IMG/VR virus record: IMGVR_UViG_2873737359_000001
Coordinates: 1-64,000 of that record
Length of the DNA: 64,000 nt
Direction: 5' to 3' (one strand)
DNA from: a virus
Lineage: Duplodnaviria > Caudoviricetes
Made by a program: the position numbers and the translations under genes
The notes under the pieces: generated by a model
Database searches by the model: none
What the model was told of the DNA's origin: nothing
What the model saw: only the letters and a program-made list of their open reading frames with translations
Part shown: positions 28,407 to 39,300 of the stretch, one piece after another
Position numbering within the stretch: the first letter of the stretch is position 1
How the letters are laid out: every line of letters begins with the position of its first letter

Positions 28407-30662
28407 TTCAAATTTTAATAATGTTTTCATAAATGTAAGTCTACTGCAATTCTCCTTTTTCTTAACAGCAATATTCACAGTTTTAGCACTGCCAATATGG
28501 AAACACTTTTCTTTCATTCGAGTAAGAGCAACATAGATCAGATTAGAATTTAGCATAAAAGTATGTGCTGGCGGTGTTAAGAAGATAATAACCTTCGCAT
28601 TACCTCCTTGTGACTTGTGCACAGAAATAGAATATCCCAAAAGAACTTTTTTCATCTCTTCTCTATCATAATACACATCTACACCATCAAAGTTAATGAT
28701 TACTATCCCATTGTCAAGATCAATTTTAATGACCTTGCCAATCATACCGTTTGGTATAAAAGTACATTCTACATCATCATCGTTGGCGTCTGCTATTGCA
28801 TCTGTTCCTAAATATACTCTGGCCTTATAGTTATTTGCAGTCTGAATCACAATGTCATCTTTATAATAAGTAATTTCTCCTACAACCATATTCGTTGCAT
28901 AACCATAGTTTTCATTAGCGACCTTCTGTAACTGATTATTAATCTCAACGGTTCCCCATTCTCCTTTATTATAAGAAGACAACACCAATATATCCTCCGG
29001 AGCATAGTCTTTCAAAAGTTTTGTGTATAATGCTACTACTACTTTTGGAATACGATACGCTTCTTCCTGAATAAACGTATAATCTTGGTTGCTTCCAAAT
29101 GTAGTGCATTTTTCACTTATATCTTTTAAATATGGAACCATATTACGAACATCGGTAGCCACTTTCATTAATCCCCCTTCGCCATAACGAAAGATCTTAT
29201 TCAAGGTGACTGTAGGCACGATATCAGACTTTAAAAAATCATACAGGAGGTTTCCTGGCCCAACGCTAGGAAGCTGCGCGGAATCTCCAACCATAATAAG
29301 CTTTGTTTTTTCAAAATCAATAGCTTCTATAACATGGCTAAATAAAAATATATCAGTCATAGAAAACTCATCGATAAGGAGTACATCACAATTAATCGGA
29401 TTATATCTATCATATCCCCATCCTTCAGGCGGCATATATCCAAGTCCTCTGTGGATTGTCGAAGCTGGCTTCTGAGTATAATCTGCAAGGACTTTCGCAG
29501 CTCGTCCAGTCGGAGCCATCAGCTTATAAGTCCGCCCATTCTCATCAAGCATCCGAATAAGCATAGCAGATGTAGCAGATTTACCGGATCCACCAAAACC
29601 ATTGAGAATCATGATATTATTTTCACAAATACACCGTAACGCTTTAATCTGCTCATCAGTAAGTGAATATTCACCTGCATTCTGATATTTTCTCCAATCA
29701 ATATTCCATCTTCTCGGATTATCATTTGCATGAGAAATAACATTTGCGATTCTAACTTCAGTATCATATGTAATTCTCAATGCCACAGATCCTGTTTCTT
29801 TGTCACAATATAACTCTTTATCTTTCAAGCATGAAACAAAATGCTCTGTCATACATTCCGGTATCTTTCTAATGCCATTATCTCTAAGAGTCATGATATC
29901 CATTCTGGTATTACCATTATTCTGATTTTCATTAAGTTCGTATTCAATATATGCAGCACATCTCTGTTTACTTGTCCTAAGATCGAATCCAAAATTGATC
30001 ATCTTAGTTTTTTGAAGTTCAAGCAACATCAAATCTGCTTTTACAAATCCAATACCGGAAATTCTAGTCAGACACTTATAAGGTTCTGTTCTTAATTTTT
30101 TACGAATTTGTTCAATGGATGAATATTCATCGTATAATTTCTTAATAATAGTCAAACTAAGAATACCACCAAATTCTGCAACTAAATCAAAAAGAACAAT
30201 ATTAGATGTAATTTTGTCAATTATCTTATTTAAAGTTTTTGGTCCAATACCAGGCAGTTTATCAAGATCTACCTCTTTAATACTTCTATCGTCATTAGAA
30301 ATAATATCAATAATATCTGGATATTCCTGATACATTGCAGCTGCCTGTTTCTCCGAAATAATCTCACGAAGAAACGAATATACTTCTTCTCCTGTCTTTG
30401 GACGCTGAATAACAATCTTCTGCACCTTATATGTTGGACCATATTTACCATCTTCTAGCTCTGCTTTAATTTTATATGGCTGTGTAATACTCAGATCACA
30501 CAATTCTCCAGATATAGATACATTGTCATATTTATTCTTTTTAACATCTGGATATTTCTCAGTATCAACATTCATTGCGTAAATGGCCCAGTCCGAATCC
30601 GGACTAGACCATACGCAGCGTTCAACTCTACCCTCAAACTCTACGATTTTATTCTCATTCAT
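28368..30662 (-). CDS. recD2: RecD2-like SF1B helicase
   Basis: HhH N-terminus, GFGGSGKS, APTGRAA, IDE.SM, GD..QLPSVG, HKSQG, YVALTR. Confidence 0.93.
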   Translation of the reverse strand: MNENKIVEFEGRVERCVWSSPDSDWAIYAMNVDTEKYPDVKKNKYDNVSISGELCDLSITQPYKIKAELEDGKYGPTYKVQKIVIQRPKTGEEVYSFLREIISEKQAAAMYQEYPDIIDIISNDDRSIKEVDLDKLPGIGPKTLNKIIDKITSNIVLFDLVAEFGGILSLTIIKKLYDEYSSIEQIRKKLRTEPYKCLTRISGIGFVKADLMLLELQKTKMINFGFDLRTSKQRCAAYIEYELNENQNNGNTRMDIMTLRDNGIRKIPECMTEHFVSCLKDKELYCDKETGSVALRITYDTEVRIANVISHANDNPRRWNIDWRKYQNAGEYSLTDEQIKALRCICENNIMILNGFGGSGKSATSAMLIRMLDENGRTYKLMAPTGRAAKVLADYTQKPASTIHRGLGYMPPEGWGYDRYNPINCDVLLIDEFSMTDIFLFSHVIEAIDFEKTKLIMVGDSAQLPSVGPGNLLYDFLKSDIVPTVTLNKIFRYGEGGLMKVATDVRNMVPYLKDISEKCTTFGSNQDYTFIQEEAYRIPKVVVALYTKLLKDYAPEDILVLSSYNKGEWGTVEINNQLQKVANENYGYATNMVVGEITYYKDDIVIQTANNYKARVYLGTDAIADANDDDVECTFIPNGMIGKVIKIDLDNGIVIINFDGVDVYYDREEMKKVLLGYSISVHKSQGGNAKVIIFLTPPAHTFMLNSNLIYVALTRMKEKCFHIGSAKTVNIAVKKKENCSRLTFMKTLLKFETINNKFCIDNTD

Positions 30663-33600
30663 TTCTTATAACCTCATAATTATCTAATATGTCTTCTAGT
30701 TCTTCTGTTTCTTGCCATGTACCATTTATGCATTTTTTCTTATGTTTCTTGGTAAATCCATCAACTCTAAGGATTGAATATTCACCAAATGGATTATTTT
30801 CAAAAGTTTTTACGCTTGTTACTCTGGTTTTTATATCTTCGCCTGTTTTTATGTTATGCAGTGTGCAATAAGGTTTTCTGACTTCTTTGAATGTTTTATA
30901 GTCCGTCACAATATAGAAACTATGATTAACTCTCGGATTACTATACACAACATACTGCAAATATTCTTTCTCGAACTTGACTTGCTCTACTACAGACATC
31001 GGCTTATCTTCCAATCTTGAAGCAAGCTCAAAAATCAGCCCTTCATTATCAAGATCACGATACTGAGAAGCTGTCTCTCGCCCAGCGTACTTTTTCATAA
31101 GAAATTCAGTCAATCCAAGCTCTTCTAGTTTCTTCTTACTGATGATCTTTGCAGTCGCAAGCTTATCATATATCTTTGTTACATCCATCAGATATTTATT
31201 ATGACCAAATTTTGAAAAGAAATTAAGTCCGATAAGAATTGTGAGCTGTCTTGAATTTACCGAAGTATTTGAGTTTATATCCCCAAGTAACTGTGTAAAA
31301 TCTTTATAGTTATTATTATGAGCAAGATCAAGCATCTCATTTGCAATTATTGCATTACAAAATTTAATTGAAGCAATACCTTTATATAAAGCATGATTTG
31401 ATTTATCTACGGTATATTCTGGGCCAGATTTACCAAACTGAATGTTATTTATTGTAACATGCTTAATCTTGGCCAGTTCCGTACCCATTACTATGTCATC
31501 TGTATTATTCGCACAATTTAAATATGATGCAATAAACTCTTCTGGATAGTAATATCTGCATAAAGCACACATATAACCAATCATTGAATATCCAGTGGAA
31601 TGATTAAATCCAAACATGTAGTTTGATGAGTCTTCAATAATTTGAAGAAATGTCTTAGCCTCTTTTTCTGCTATATCTCGTGATTGCGGAGACATTTTGC
31701 AATATCCATCAAGAATGTCTGGTAATGCTTTCTGTAAACGATCCATCTGTTTACGACCAATTGCTCTTCGAACATTATCTGCTTCAGAACCACTAAGTCC
31801 ACATATCTTTTGAAGGAATGCAATAACATCCTCTTGAAATATAAGGAATCCTCTGTTATCTTTAAGCAAATCATCAATAAGCGGAGATGGATTTTTATTA
31901 ATTTCTCCGGCAAGTAACCTGTCTCTATAAGAAGCGCCAGATGGTCTAAGTGATGCATTAATCATCGACAAATCATTGACACATTGCGGTTTATAATTTT
32001 TAAGCATTTCAAAGGCATATGCAGATTCGAATTGAAAAATCCCAGCAGGACTAATGATAATATCGTTCCACACCTTTTTATCATTCCAATTAATCTGATG
32101 CGACTTCGGATATGGCTTTCCTACATATTCATAACATTTTCTGATAATCTGTAAATTTTTCAAACCAAGAATGTCATACTTAACAAGCCCCGCTCCATCA
32201 TGGATTTCTTCCATATTAATACAGATAATCTGTTTACCATCATTCCAGAATATTCCATAATTATCTGGCAATGTAATTGGTGATACTACAATTCCTGCAG
32301 GATGTATTGATTGAGATACCGCTGTTCCATTAAGACCATCAAAATAATAAAACAACTGTCTATACTGGTTCTCTTTTAAATCTTGCATCTGAGATATAGC
32401 CTTTTTATGCTCGGTTTTCTTTCTTTCATAATCTTTTCTTATGTTATAATATTCGCTGTCTTTTTCTGCACTTTCAATCTTATCAAAATGAGGCATCTCC
32501 TCAATTTCTTTGATGCGTTTTGCTGTACTGTCAATAACATCTTTATAAGTACTGTACAACAATTTAATATGTGCAACCTCTGCAAGTGGAATATCTAATG
32601 CTCGTCCTATTTCATCAATTGTACCTTTATCAGATATCGTTCCAATAGCAAGAATATAAGCAGTTTTATCATATCCGAAGGATTCAATAATATGGTTGTA
32701 TACCAATTCTCGTTGATCAGGCGAAATATCCAGATCAATATCTCCAACTTCTTCACGATCCTCATTTGCAAAACGTGAAAAAATAGTATTCCAAATAATG
32801 GGATCTACGTCGATGATATCTGTAATATAAGCTATCGTAGAACCACCTACAGATCCTCTGCATGGACCAACCGGAATACCATGATCCCAGCACCAGCATA
32901 CAAGTTCAGACATAAAAAGCATAAATCCAACCATATTAATCTTTTTGAAAACACGCATTTCTTCTACTATTCGCTTTTTATATTCCGGAAGTTTTTTTCG
33001 ATCAATAATACCTTTATCAACTTTTTCTTTCAGCATCCGAACAATACGCTTCTTTAAAACTTCCTCTTCATTATCATAAAGCTTTGGATATTTTACTGAT
33101 GTGTCAAGCTCAAAATCCTCAACAGAATCTGCCATTACATTAGTATTTTCAATAGCTTGTAAAATAGCATCAAATGGAATACCACAGCCTTGCTTACGAA
33201 ACATATCTACTAATTCGTCATATGATTTATAAGTAAGATCAAACTTATCTTCGTCGGCATATTCAATACCTTTGGCCTTCTGTAATATACTTCTACATTC
33301 TGCTTTATAATAATTAATACTATGCGTATCTGTGCCAGCGATTAATGGTTTTCCGGTCTGTAACGATGCCCGGTAAAGAAACTCATTATATTTTCTCTGC
33401 TCAGGATGATCATGGGGTTGTATTTCATAATAGTCATACGTTTTAAGAAGCCTATGGAAAATTTCACGAGCGGTTTTGTTTTTCATCTTCACCGCTTTAA
33501 TCTGCTTCTCATATTCCGTTTTTGTTGATACTACTTTATTATCGACAAATTTGATATATGCTTCATGAGGCGTACAGTTCCAAGTAATCCATGGCTCTTC

Positions 33601-34203
33601 AACGTAATTCGGATCGTCAATGTTATAGTCCTCGTTTTCAGATTTCGTATATGATATAATCCAGTTATTTTCTTCTTTTTCGTCTTTTCGTTTTGTTTCT
33701 ATCTGCTTGATAGTATCCTCTAAATCCTGCTGCAGACGATAAGTTTTTTCCCGAATTGATTTTTCGATATCATTTGGATAATTATGTAATGGAGACGCAA
33801 GACAAGCAGAAATCTTAATTACATTATCAGAAATATTAAAAAACTCTTCAAACGTAATTCTTGGCTTATAATATGTATGATCAGGCCGTGTAGATTTTTC
33901 AATCAAAAGATTAATCTCTTTTACGCCTTCATAATTTTTAGCAAGTAAAATAGTATGATAATTATCTCGTACCTTCTCTTCTAATGATTCTGTAAGATAA
34001 CACTCAACTCCATGGATATATTTCAATCCTTTGTAGTTAATGTACATCTTTTTTTCAATCCAATTGTAAATATTGCCATGTTCTGTAATGGCTAATGCTT
34101 TCTGCCCTAATTCTGCAGCTTTAGCAGCATATAATTTATAATTGGTGCAACTATCAAGAAGAGAGTCCTCTGTATGCACATGATATGCTGTATAGTTACT
34201 CAT
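30655..34203 (-). CDS. dnaE: DNA polymerase III alpha (phage DnaE, YorL-like)
   Basis: PHP (HVH..DS, TEHG, DTH), RGS, DIDLD, HPAG, KYDILGL, FN..H. Confidence 0.96.
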   Translation of the reverse strand: MSNYTAYHVHTEDSLLDSCTNYKLYAAKAAELGQKALAITEHGNIYNWIEKKMYINYKGLKYIHGVECYLTESLEEKVRDNYHTILLAKNYEGVKEINLLIEKSTRPDHTYYKPRITFEEFFNISDNVIKISACLASPLHNYPNDIEKSIREKTYRLQQDLEDTIKQIETKRKDEKEENNWIISYTKSENEDYNIDDPNYVEEPWITWNCTPHEAYIKFVDNKVVSTKTEYEKQIKAVKMKNKTAREIFHRLLKTYDYYEIQPHDHPEQRKYNEFLYRASLQTGKPLIAGTDTHSINYYKAECRSILQKAKGIEYADEDKFDLTYKSYDELVDMFRKQGCGIPFDAILQAIENTNVMADSVEDFELDTSVKYPKLYDNEEEVLKKRIVRMLKEKVDKGIIDRKKLPEYKKRIVEEMRVFKKINMVGFMLFMSELVCWCWDHGIPVGPCRGSVGGSTIAYITDIIDVDPIIWNTIFSRFANEDREEVGDIDLDISPDQRELVYNHIIESFGYDKTAYILAIGTISDKGTIDEIGRALDIPLAEVAHIKLLYSTYKDVIDSTAKRIKEIEEMPHFDKIESAEKDSEYYNIRKDYERKKTEHKKAISQMQDLKENQYRQLFYYFDGLNGTAVSQSIHPAGIVVSPITLPDNYGIFWNDGKQIICINMEEIHDGAGLVKYDILGLKNLQIIRKCYEYVGKPYPKSHQINWNDKKVWNDIIISPAGIFQFESAYAFEMLKNYKPQCVNDLSMINASLRPSGASYRDRLLAGEINKNPSPLIDDLLKDNRGFLIFQEDVIAFLQKICGLSGSEADNVRRAIGRKQMDRLQKALPDILDGYCKMSPQSRDIAEKEAKTFLQIIEDSSNYMFGFNHSTGYSMIGYMCALCRYYYPEEFIASYLNCANNTDDIVMGTELAKIKHVTINNIQFGKSGPEYTVDKSNHALYKGIASIKFCNAIIANEMLDLAHNNNYKDFTQLLGDINSNTSVNSRQLTILIGLNFFSKFGHNKYLMDVTKIYDKLATAKIISKKKLEELGLTEFLMKKYAGRETASQYRDLDNEGLIFELASRLEDKPMSVVEQVKFEKEYLQYVVYSNPRVNHSFYIVTDYKTFKEVRKPYCTLHNIKTGEDIKTRVTSVKTFENNPFGEYSILRVDGFTKKHKKKCINGTWQETEELEDILDNYEVIRNE

Positions 34204-34218
34204 CCTCTTCTCCTATTT

Positions 34219-35427
34219 TTACAAGTCATTAAGCCAGTCCAGATTATCAACTTCATATTCATCTTCGTCTGACTTCTTCGGTCCTAAAATACTGCCATTC
34301 TTTTCAGCTTCAAGCTTCTCCAGATAGGCTTTATAGGGCTTATGTAAATTAGGAGAATACGCACAAAGGTTCGATAAATAATAACTCTGTTTCTTTATAC
34401 TATCTTCGTCTTCCCACCAGATCTTGTCAGCTTCTTCATATTTGCCAGCTGCTTTTAACTCTTCATATTCAGCTTCTTTCTTACGAATCAGCTTCATTGT
34501 ACTGATAATAAAATCTTCCCAATACTGAATCAGTTCCGGAGTAAGATCCACATATACATAACAGTCATGCAGCTCATACTTCTCTTGTACTTCTGGTGGC
34601 AAACATGTAATATCATTGGTCTGTGCTAGTTTATCAAGATATTCAAGTAACTGGTCTTCGTATCCAAATTCTTTCAACCACATTTTGGCATTAGCTTGTA
34701 GCTTATTACCGAGTTCAAATCTTTCAATTTCTCGTACTTTCTTAATGCCTTTTTTAGATTGGACAGTTACACATTGATACTTCAAAAAGTTCCAGGCAAT
34801 ACGGATCTTTTCATATGGGATACCTTGTTGATGTAATCCCAGAGAATAAAGCACTAACTGTCCGCATTCATTTTTGGCTTTATCTCCTTTGTATATTGAA
34901 GACGTCTTCCAATCTAATATTGTATGAACACCATCGTCATCCACCAAATGAGCATCCATATATCCTTGGTAATATTCATCTCCGACTTTTATTTTGATAA
35001 ATTCCTCAATATTCATCTGAGATGTAATTGGTTCGTGAGTAGAAAAGAAATTCTTTAAATCATAGTAGTATTTATTAGCAATATTATTATTTCGTTCACT
35101 ATCGCTTCTCACAAATTTCAGATCGGCCATATCAAAAGCCATGGTCCATCCATCTTCAAATTCGTTCACCATATCTGCATAAGAGATCTCTTTTCCATAA
35201 AATTTCTCAAGAATTTCATGAGACAATCCTCCGGTGACAACATAAATGCTGTCCTCGCGATCCTTTTTTTTGTGTAAAACATAGTTTAAATAATATTCAT
35301 ATAATGAATTCTTAATACAGTTTAATCTGCTCCAAGAATTTAATCTATCAGTTCCAAGTGCCCCGCACATCTTTTGTAAATCTTCATAACTAATCCTCAA
35401 TTTCGAATTTATATCCTTTTTTAACAA
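34219..35427 (-). CDS. PD-(D/E)XK exonuclease (Cas4/RecB-like; start uncertain)
   Basis: S.S start, G...H.ILE, G..D...ILDWKT, QL..Y. Confidence 0.85.
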   Translation of the reverse strand: MLKKDINSKLRISYEDLQKMCGALGTDRLNSWSRLNCIKNSLYEYYLNYVLHKKKDREDSIYVVTGGLSHEILEKFYGKEISYADMVNEFEDGWTMAFDMADLKFVRSDSERNNNIANKYYYDLKNFFSTHEPITSQMNIEEFIKIKVGDEYYQGYMDAHLVDDDGVHTILDWKTSSIYKGDKAKNECGQLVLYSLGLHQQGIPYEKIRIAWNFLKYQCVTVQSKKGIKKVREIERFELGNKLQANAKMWLKEFGYEDQLLEYLDKLAQTNDITCLPPEVQEKYELHDCYVYVDLTPELIQYWEDFIISTMKLIRKKEAEYEELKAAGKYEEADKIWWEDEDSIKKQSYYLSNLCAYSPNLHKPYKAYLEKLEAEKNGSILGPKKSDEDEYEVDNLDWLNDL

Positions 35428-36094
35428 TATTATTTTTTACTCTGTTCATAACGGTTTGCCTCCCTATATGATATTTTTTAGTAATATCTGTTATATGACC
35501 TTTGTCAATTAATTCATTATTAAAATAAACTTTTACTATCGTATTGCTTCTTCTATTTCTCGCATTTTCTTTACAAGATACAATATGACAATTTTCTAAG
35601 CTATAATCTGCGTTGTTATCAATTCTATCCAACTGATATTCATGTCCATTACATAATAAATTGCAATTTTCTAATGTTAAAATATCTTTTAAAAAATATT
35701 CAAAACATAACCACCTATCGCATACCTTTATTCCTCTAAGACCATAATTTTTATAACTTATGTGATTAGAGTTATAACACCTATTAATCATTTGTCTCCA
35801 ATGTCTACATAATATTTTAGAAAAATCCGACACTTCATACATACCCTGGCATGCTACACCACAAATATATGAATAATCATATACATTTTTAACATTTCCA
35901 CTTTTAATATTGCTATGTCTTGCAGGAATTAATGCGCCGTTATCAAATTGAACCAAAAAAATATGATAATTTCTATGTTTTTCTAGCAATCCAACAATTG
36001 TACATTTACCATATCTTTTTTGATCCCATTGACTTCCGTTATAATATATTTTTGAAGTATTTTCTAAAAGCGTATAATCTTCTATTTTCTTCAA
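35390..36094 (-). CDS. Free-standing HNH homing endonuclease
   Basis: W..M..RCY, YG.RGI.VC.RW, LDRIDN...YS.ENC......N. Confidence 0.85.
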   Translation of the reverse strand: MKKIEDYTLLENTSKIYYNGSQWDQKRYGKCTIVGLLEKHRNYHIFLVQFDNGALIPARHSNIKSGNVKNVYDYSYICGVACQGMYEVSDFSKILCRHWRQMINRCYNSNHISYKNYGLRGIKVCDRWLCFEYFLKDILTLENCNLLCNGHEYQLDRIDNNADYSLENCHIVSCKENARNRRSNTIVKVYFNNELIDKGHITDITKKYHIGRQTVMNRVKNNIVKKGYKFEIED

Positions 36095-36114
36095 AACTAC
36101 TCCTTACTCTCAAA

Positions 36115-37194
36115 TTATTTCTTTAATTTCTCAATATATTTTTTATGTTCCTTTTCTGTATAAGGAATTCTCCATTTAAACATGAAGTTATATAGTTTAT
36201 TTGGCAAATCAGCCGGAGAATCTTTATCTCCTAAAATATCCCACTTGTCGTATATATAGCTGACTTTACGCAGCCCATAAAACTTTTCACACATGTTCCA
36301 GACTTCTGCCAACGGAACATCCTTATCCATTGCTATGATCACTTCTTGGACTCCTGTGCCTAATATAACCCTTACTTGTTCATCAGACATAACATGCCCC
36401 TCAAGTGCCACACATGTAGAATCATTCCTGCTGTCTCTTTTCAGTACCGATTTCTCAGCTTCAAATACAACAATATATCCAGCCTTTTTAATATCGTCTT
36501 TATTCTCCCAAAGACCATAAAGATTAATGTCTTTTCTCATTCCTGGAGTTATAAAATATTTAGCAATGCCAAATAATGAACAATTTGGAACAGAAGATCT
36601 TGCATTATACCCCATTAATGTCCCATCCGCCCAATATCGCACAGGGAAGACAGTTCTTTTCCATTGATATGAATATCCAAGTTCAAACTTCCTAATTGTT
36701 TTTTTAATAATTCCTTCCCTAAATAGATCAATATGAATATAAGGAGCGAAATCTAATAACACACCTTCTTCTAATGGATTAAAATCAACTATATCGCGCT
36801 TTTTGTGTCTTGTTTTGTACTTCGAAAATATGAACCATGAATCATCTTTCTTCTCAACCTTTCTATCTTTTTGATATAGATTTTTTAATCCAAAGAGTTT
36901 ATGAAGATATTTCATTGCTCCTGCAAAATCAGTATTCCGATTATATTGAACAAGTGAAATAATATCTTCGCCGTCGTCATAAGATACGCCCCTTGTATAG
37001 TTCCTATAATTCAAATATTTATTGTTTTTAATATTAATAGCAGCAGGATTATTACAGTCACCTCCTACCGCATTAGAACAGCTGTAATAATCCCTAGTGT
37101 CGTGATACACTATGTTGCTGCACCCTATACTCTCTAACACAAAAGGTATTTTATCGTGCTCAAAAATATATTCTTTTATTTCTAATGCAGTCAT
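36115..37194 (-). CDS. DNA primase (TOPRIM)
   Basis: LYGL, VFEAEK, AMDKD, KDSP.D; next to helicase. Confidence 0.88.
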   Translation of the reverse strand: MTALEIKEYIFEHDKIPFVLESIGCSNIVYHDTRDYYSCSNAVGGDCNNPAAINIKNNKYLNYRNYTRGVSYDDGEDIISLVQYNRNTDFAGAMKYLHKLFGLKNLYQKDRKVEKKDDSWFIFSKYKTRHKKRDIVDFNPLEEGVLLDFAPYIHIDLFREGIIKKTIRKFELGYSYQWKRTVFPVRYWADGTLMGYNARSSVPNCSLFGIAKYFITPGMRKDINLYGLWENKDDIKKAGYIVVFEAEKSVLKRDSRNDSTCVALEGHVMSDEQVRVILGTGVQEVIIAMDKDVPLAEVWNMCEKFYGLRKVSYIYDKWDILGDKDSPADLPNKLYNFMFKWRIPYTEKEHKKYIEKLKK

Positions 37195-37210
37195 ATACTA
37201 TACGTTCCTT

Positions 37211-38734
37211 TTAAAAGTCTTGTGGTATATTACAGATCGCAACATCTTTATTTATATTCATGCTCAAATCATATTCGGAAATAATCTGAAACGGATCTGT
37301 GTTTCCGAATCGATTCTTCGTAATGAATGTGATCATGTAATGCTTATCTGGATCTAACTGATATGGAATCTTAGTTTTACCATTTTTACCTGTTATTTTA
37401 TATGCCTTGATTTCATGCGAACCGCCTGGAAATTCATCATCAAATGGTCTTCTCATCATGAGGTTTACACTGAATACATCAATAATATTCTTAGCCTGTC
37501 CGATTTCATTATTTGTATAATATCTTAGTTTTACAGAAGCTTTCCCTAACTGATAAGTGACAAATAATGCTACATTCTTGGCGGATGGTTTAACAACATC
37601 ATATAAATCAACCATATCTCGCTCCATGGATTTCCATGTTTCTACGTTTCTGGAATCTGAAGACTCTTTCAATGTGTCAAGAACAAATAATCGAACACCC
37701 ATACTGGAATACTTCTTGATAACTTTAATAGCTGCTTTTACTGTGTATTTCTCAAAAGGAACAATCGTAATATTTCTACGATCCTTTAAATCTTCAAGGA
37801 ATTTCGCTGCCTTTTTTAAGTTTTCAAGCACTTCTGGAGAAAAATGTCCATCTCTTAAAACATATTTATGTATGTTTGCCTTATAAATATTATTGGCAAC
37901 CCAAATAAGCAATTCTCTGCGTACCTTATCTTGATCTTCCTCATTGATCATAATGACCATTTTTTCATTATTCTCAAGAACAGATGGCATAAGATAGTTA
38001 ATAGCCGTAGTTGATTTACCAACACCAGAGTTAGCACCAAGCCCATAAATATTTCCATTAAAGTTAACTCCGCCAATCTCTCTGTTCAAAATATCAGCGT
38101 TTTTTAATGGCATTCCGACCTGGCTGCCCGAATTTAATTTATCAATCAGATCAAATAATCCGTCACAGGCATTGAATGTTTTCACCTGAGTTTCTACATT
38201 GATGAATGTATGATTTAACAAAGCCTCTAACTCGTTATAAATGTCATCAGCCCGAGCATCAACATATTTACTAAGCTTGTCACCGACAGGGAATCCAATC
38301 TTTGCAAGTTTCATTACAGCATTCCATTTTTTAATTTCGCTTACATAAGCGTCAAAGTTTTCTTCTTTGATATATTCTACTGCACTTTCAATCTTGTCGA
38401 ATCCACCGTATTCGTCATACTTTGCACTAAGTTTTGAATGCTTTGAAAGATACATACTGATCGTAAGTTCATCCAAAGTATTTTTCTGTTCTATATTGAT
38501 GAGATCATTTGCAATAGAATAGTAAACTCTCCAGGCGTTGTTTGTAATATCATCAAGCTTTAATGATGTTTCTCTGATCAAATCCGGATTTTTGTAAATA
38601 GATGATACTGCATTAGCTTCTGCAATCAATTTGAACTCGTTAATTTTTTTTATTGTTTCAATGCATTCTTTTTGAAATGCAGAAGCAGTTGTCGCACTAC
38701 TGCGGTCTTTTGCATTATGTACGACCTTCCCCAT
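37211..38734 (-). CDS. DnaB-like replicative helicase
   Basis: GANSGVGKS, INEE, LDTLK, TYQL, KNRFG. Confidence 0.92.
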   Translation of the reverse strand: MGKVVHNAKDRSSATTASAFQKECIETIKKINEFKLIAEANAVSSIYKNPDLIRETSLKLDDITNNAWRVYYSIANDLINIEQKNTLDELTISMYLSKHSKLSAKYDEYGGFDKIESAVEYIKEENFDAYVSEIKKWNAVMKLAKIGFPVGDKLSKYVDARADDIYNELEALLNHTFINVETQVKTFNACDGLFDLIDKLNSGSQVGMPLKNADILNREIGGVNFNGNIYGLGANSGVGKSTTAINYLMPSVLENNEKMVIMINEEDQDKVRRELLIWVANNIYKANIHKYVLRDGHFSPEVLENLKKAAKFLEDLKDRRNITIVPFEKYTVKAAIKVIKKYSSMGVRLFVLDTLKESSDSRNVETWKSMERDMVDLYDVVKPSAKNVALFVTYQLGKASVKLRYYTNNEIGQAKNIIDVFSVNLMMRRPFDDEFPGGSHEIKAYKITGKNGKTKIPYQLDPDKHYMITFITKNRFGNTDPFQIISEYDLSMNINKDVAICNIPQDF

Positions 38735-39241
38735 TTACCAAAGCTCCTCGAATGTCTCATTCATAAACTCATTAATATCTTCTGACTGTCTCTGGTATTC
38801 AGCTACTTCATTTACCTGAACTTCAGTATTTGCTTTCTCACTCTTTTTCTTACTCATTTCCGCATTCCTCATTCTTGTATACACATCATTCAGATCATTT
38901 CGAACGATTGCACATATATAATTTATTTTTTGTAATTCACCATCAAATTTTTTATTCTTAATGGCATTCTTTATTACAAATTTATTAATCTTAAAAGTAG
39001 CAAATATAACATCTATTGGATAAGAACCGTACTGTTCGCAATTATTGTTTGCCACTGCTTGGCCTCTTTGAAGTCCTATCAATGCTAATGCTCCAGCTTT
39101 TTGTATCTTCTGATCAATTCCGTCATACCCAAGCAATTCTGTTTCAATCCATAAACACATGTCACGAAACTTTTCATCTTTCCGGCCAACAATTTCAACT
39201 TTCTTATCCTCTATTGTTTTTGCTTTTCTTCTTTTTGCCAT
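38735..39241 (-). CDS. Hypothetical replication-module protein
   Basis: Position directly before the helicase, as in SPbeta-like phages. Confidence 0.65.
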   Translation of the reverse strand: MAKRRKAKTIEDKKVEIVGRKDEKFRDMCLWIETELLGYDGIDQKIQKAGALALIGLQRGQAVANNNCEQYGSYPIDVIFATFKINKFVIKNAIKNKKFDGELQKINYICAIVRNDLNDVYTRMRNAEMSKKKSEKANTEVQVNEVAEYQRQSEDINEFMNETFEELW

Positions 39242-39272
39242 AATTATTTTGTCTCCTATTGCCTAAAAGATG

Positions 39273-39294
39273 TCCCGGAGCCAAAACTCCGGGA
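39273..39294. terminator. Hairpin
   Basis: TCCCGGAG-6 nt-CTCCGGGA. Confidence 0.55.
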
Positions 39295-39300
39295 TAATTA

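Noticed and set aside
30655-34203. Inteins in DnaE
   Set aside because: The insertions lack C/S starts, HN-C/S/T ends and LAGLIDADG motifs.
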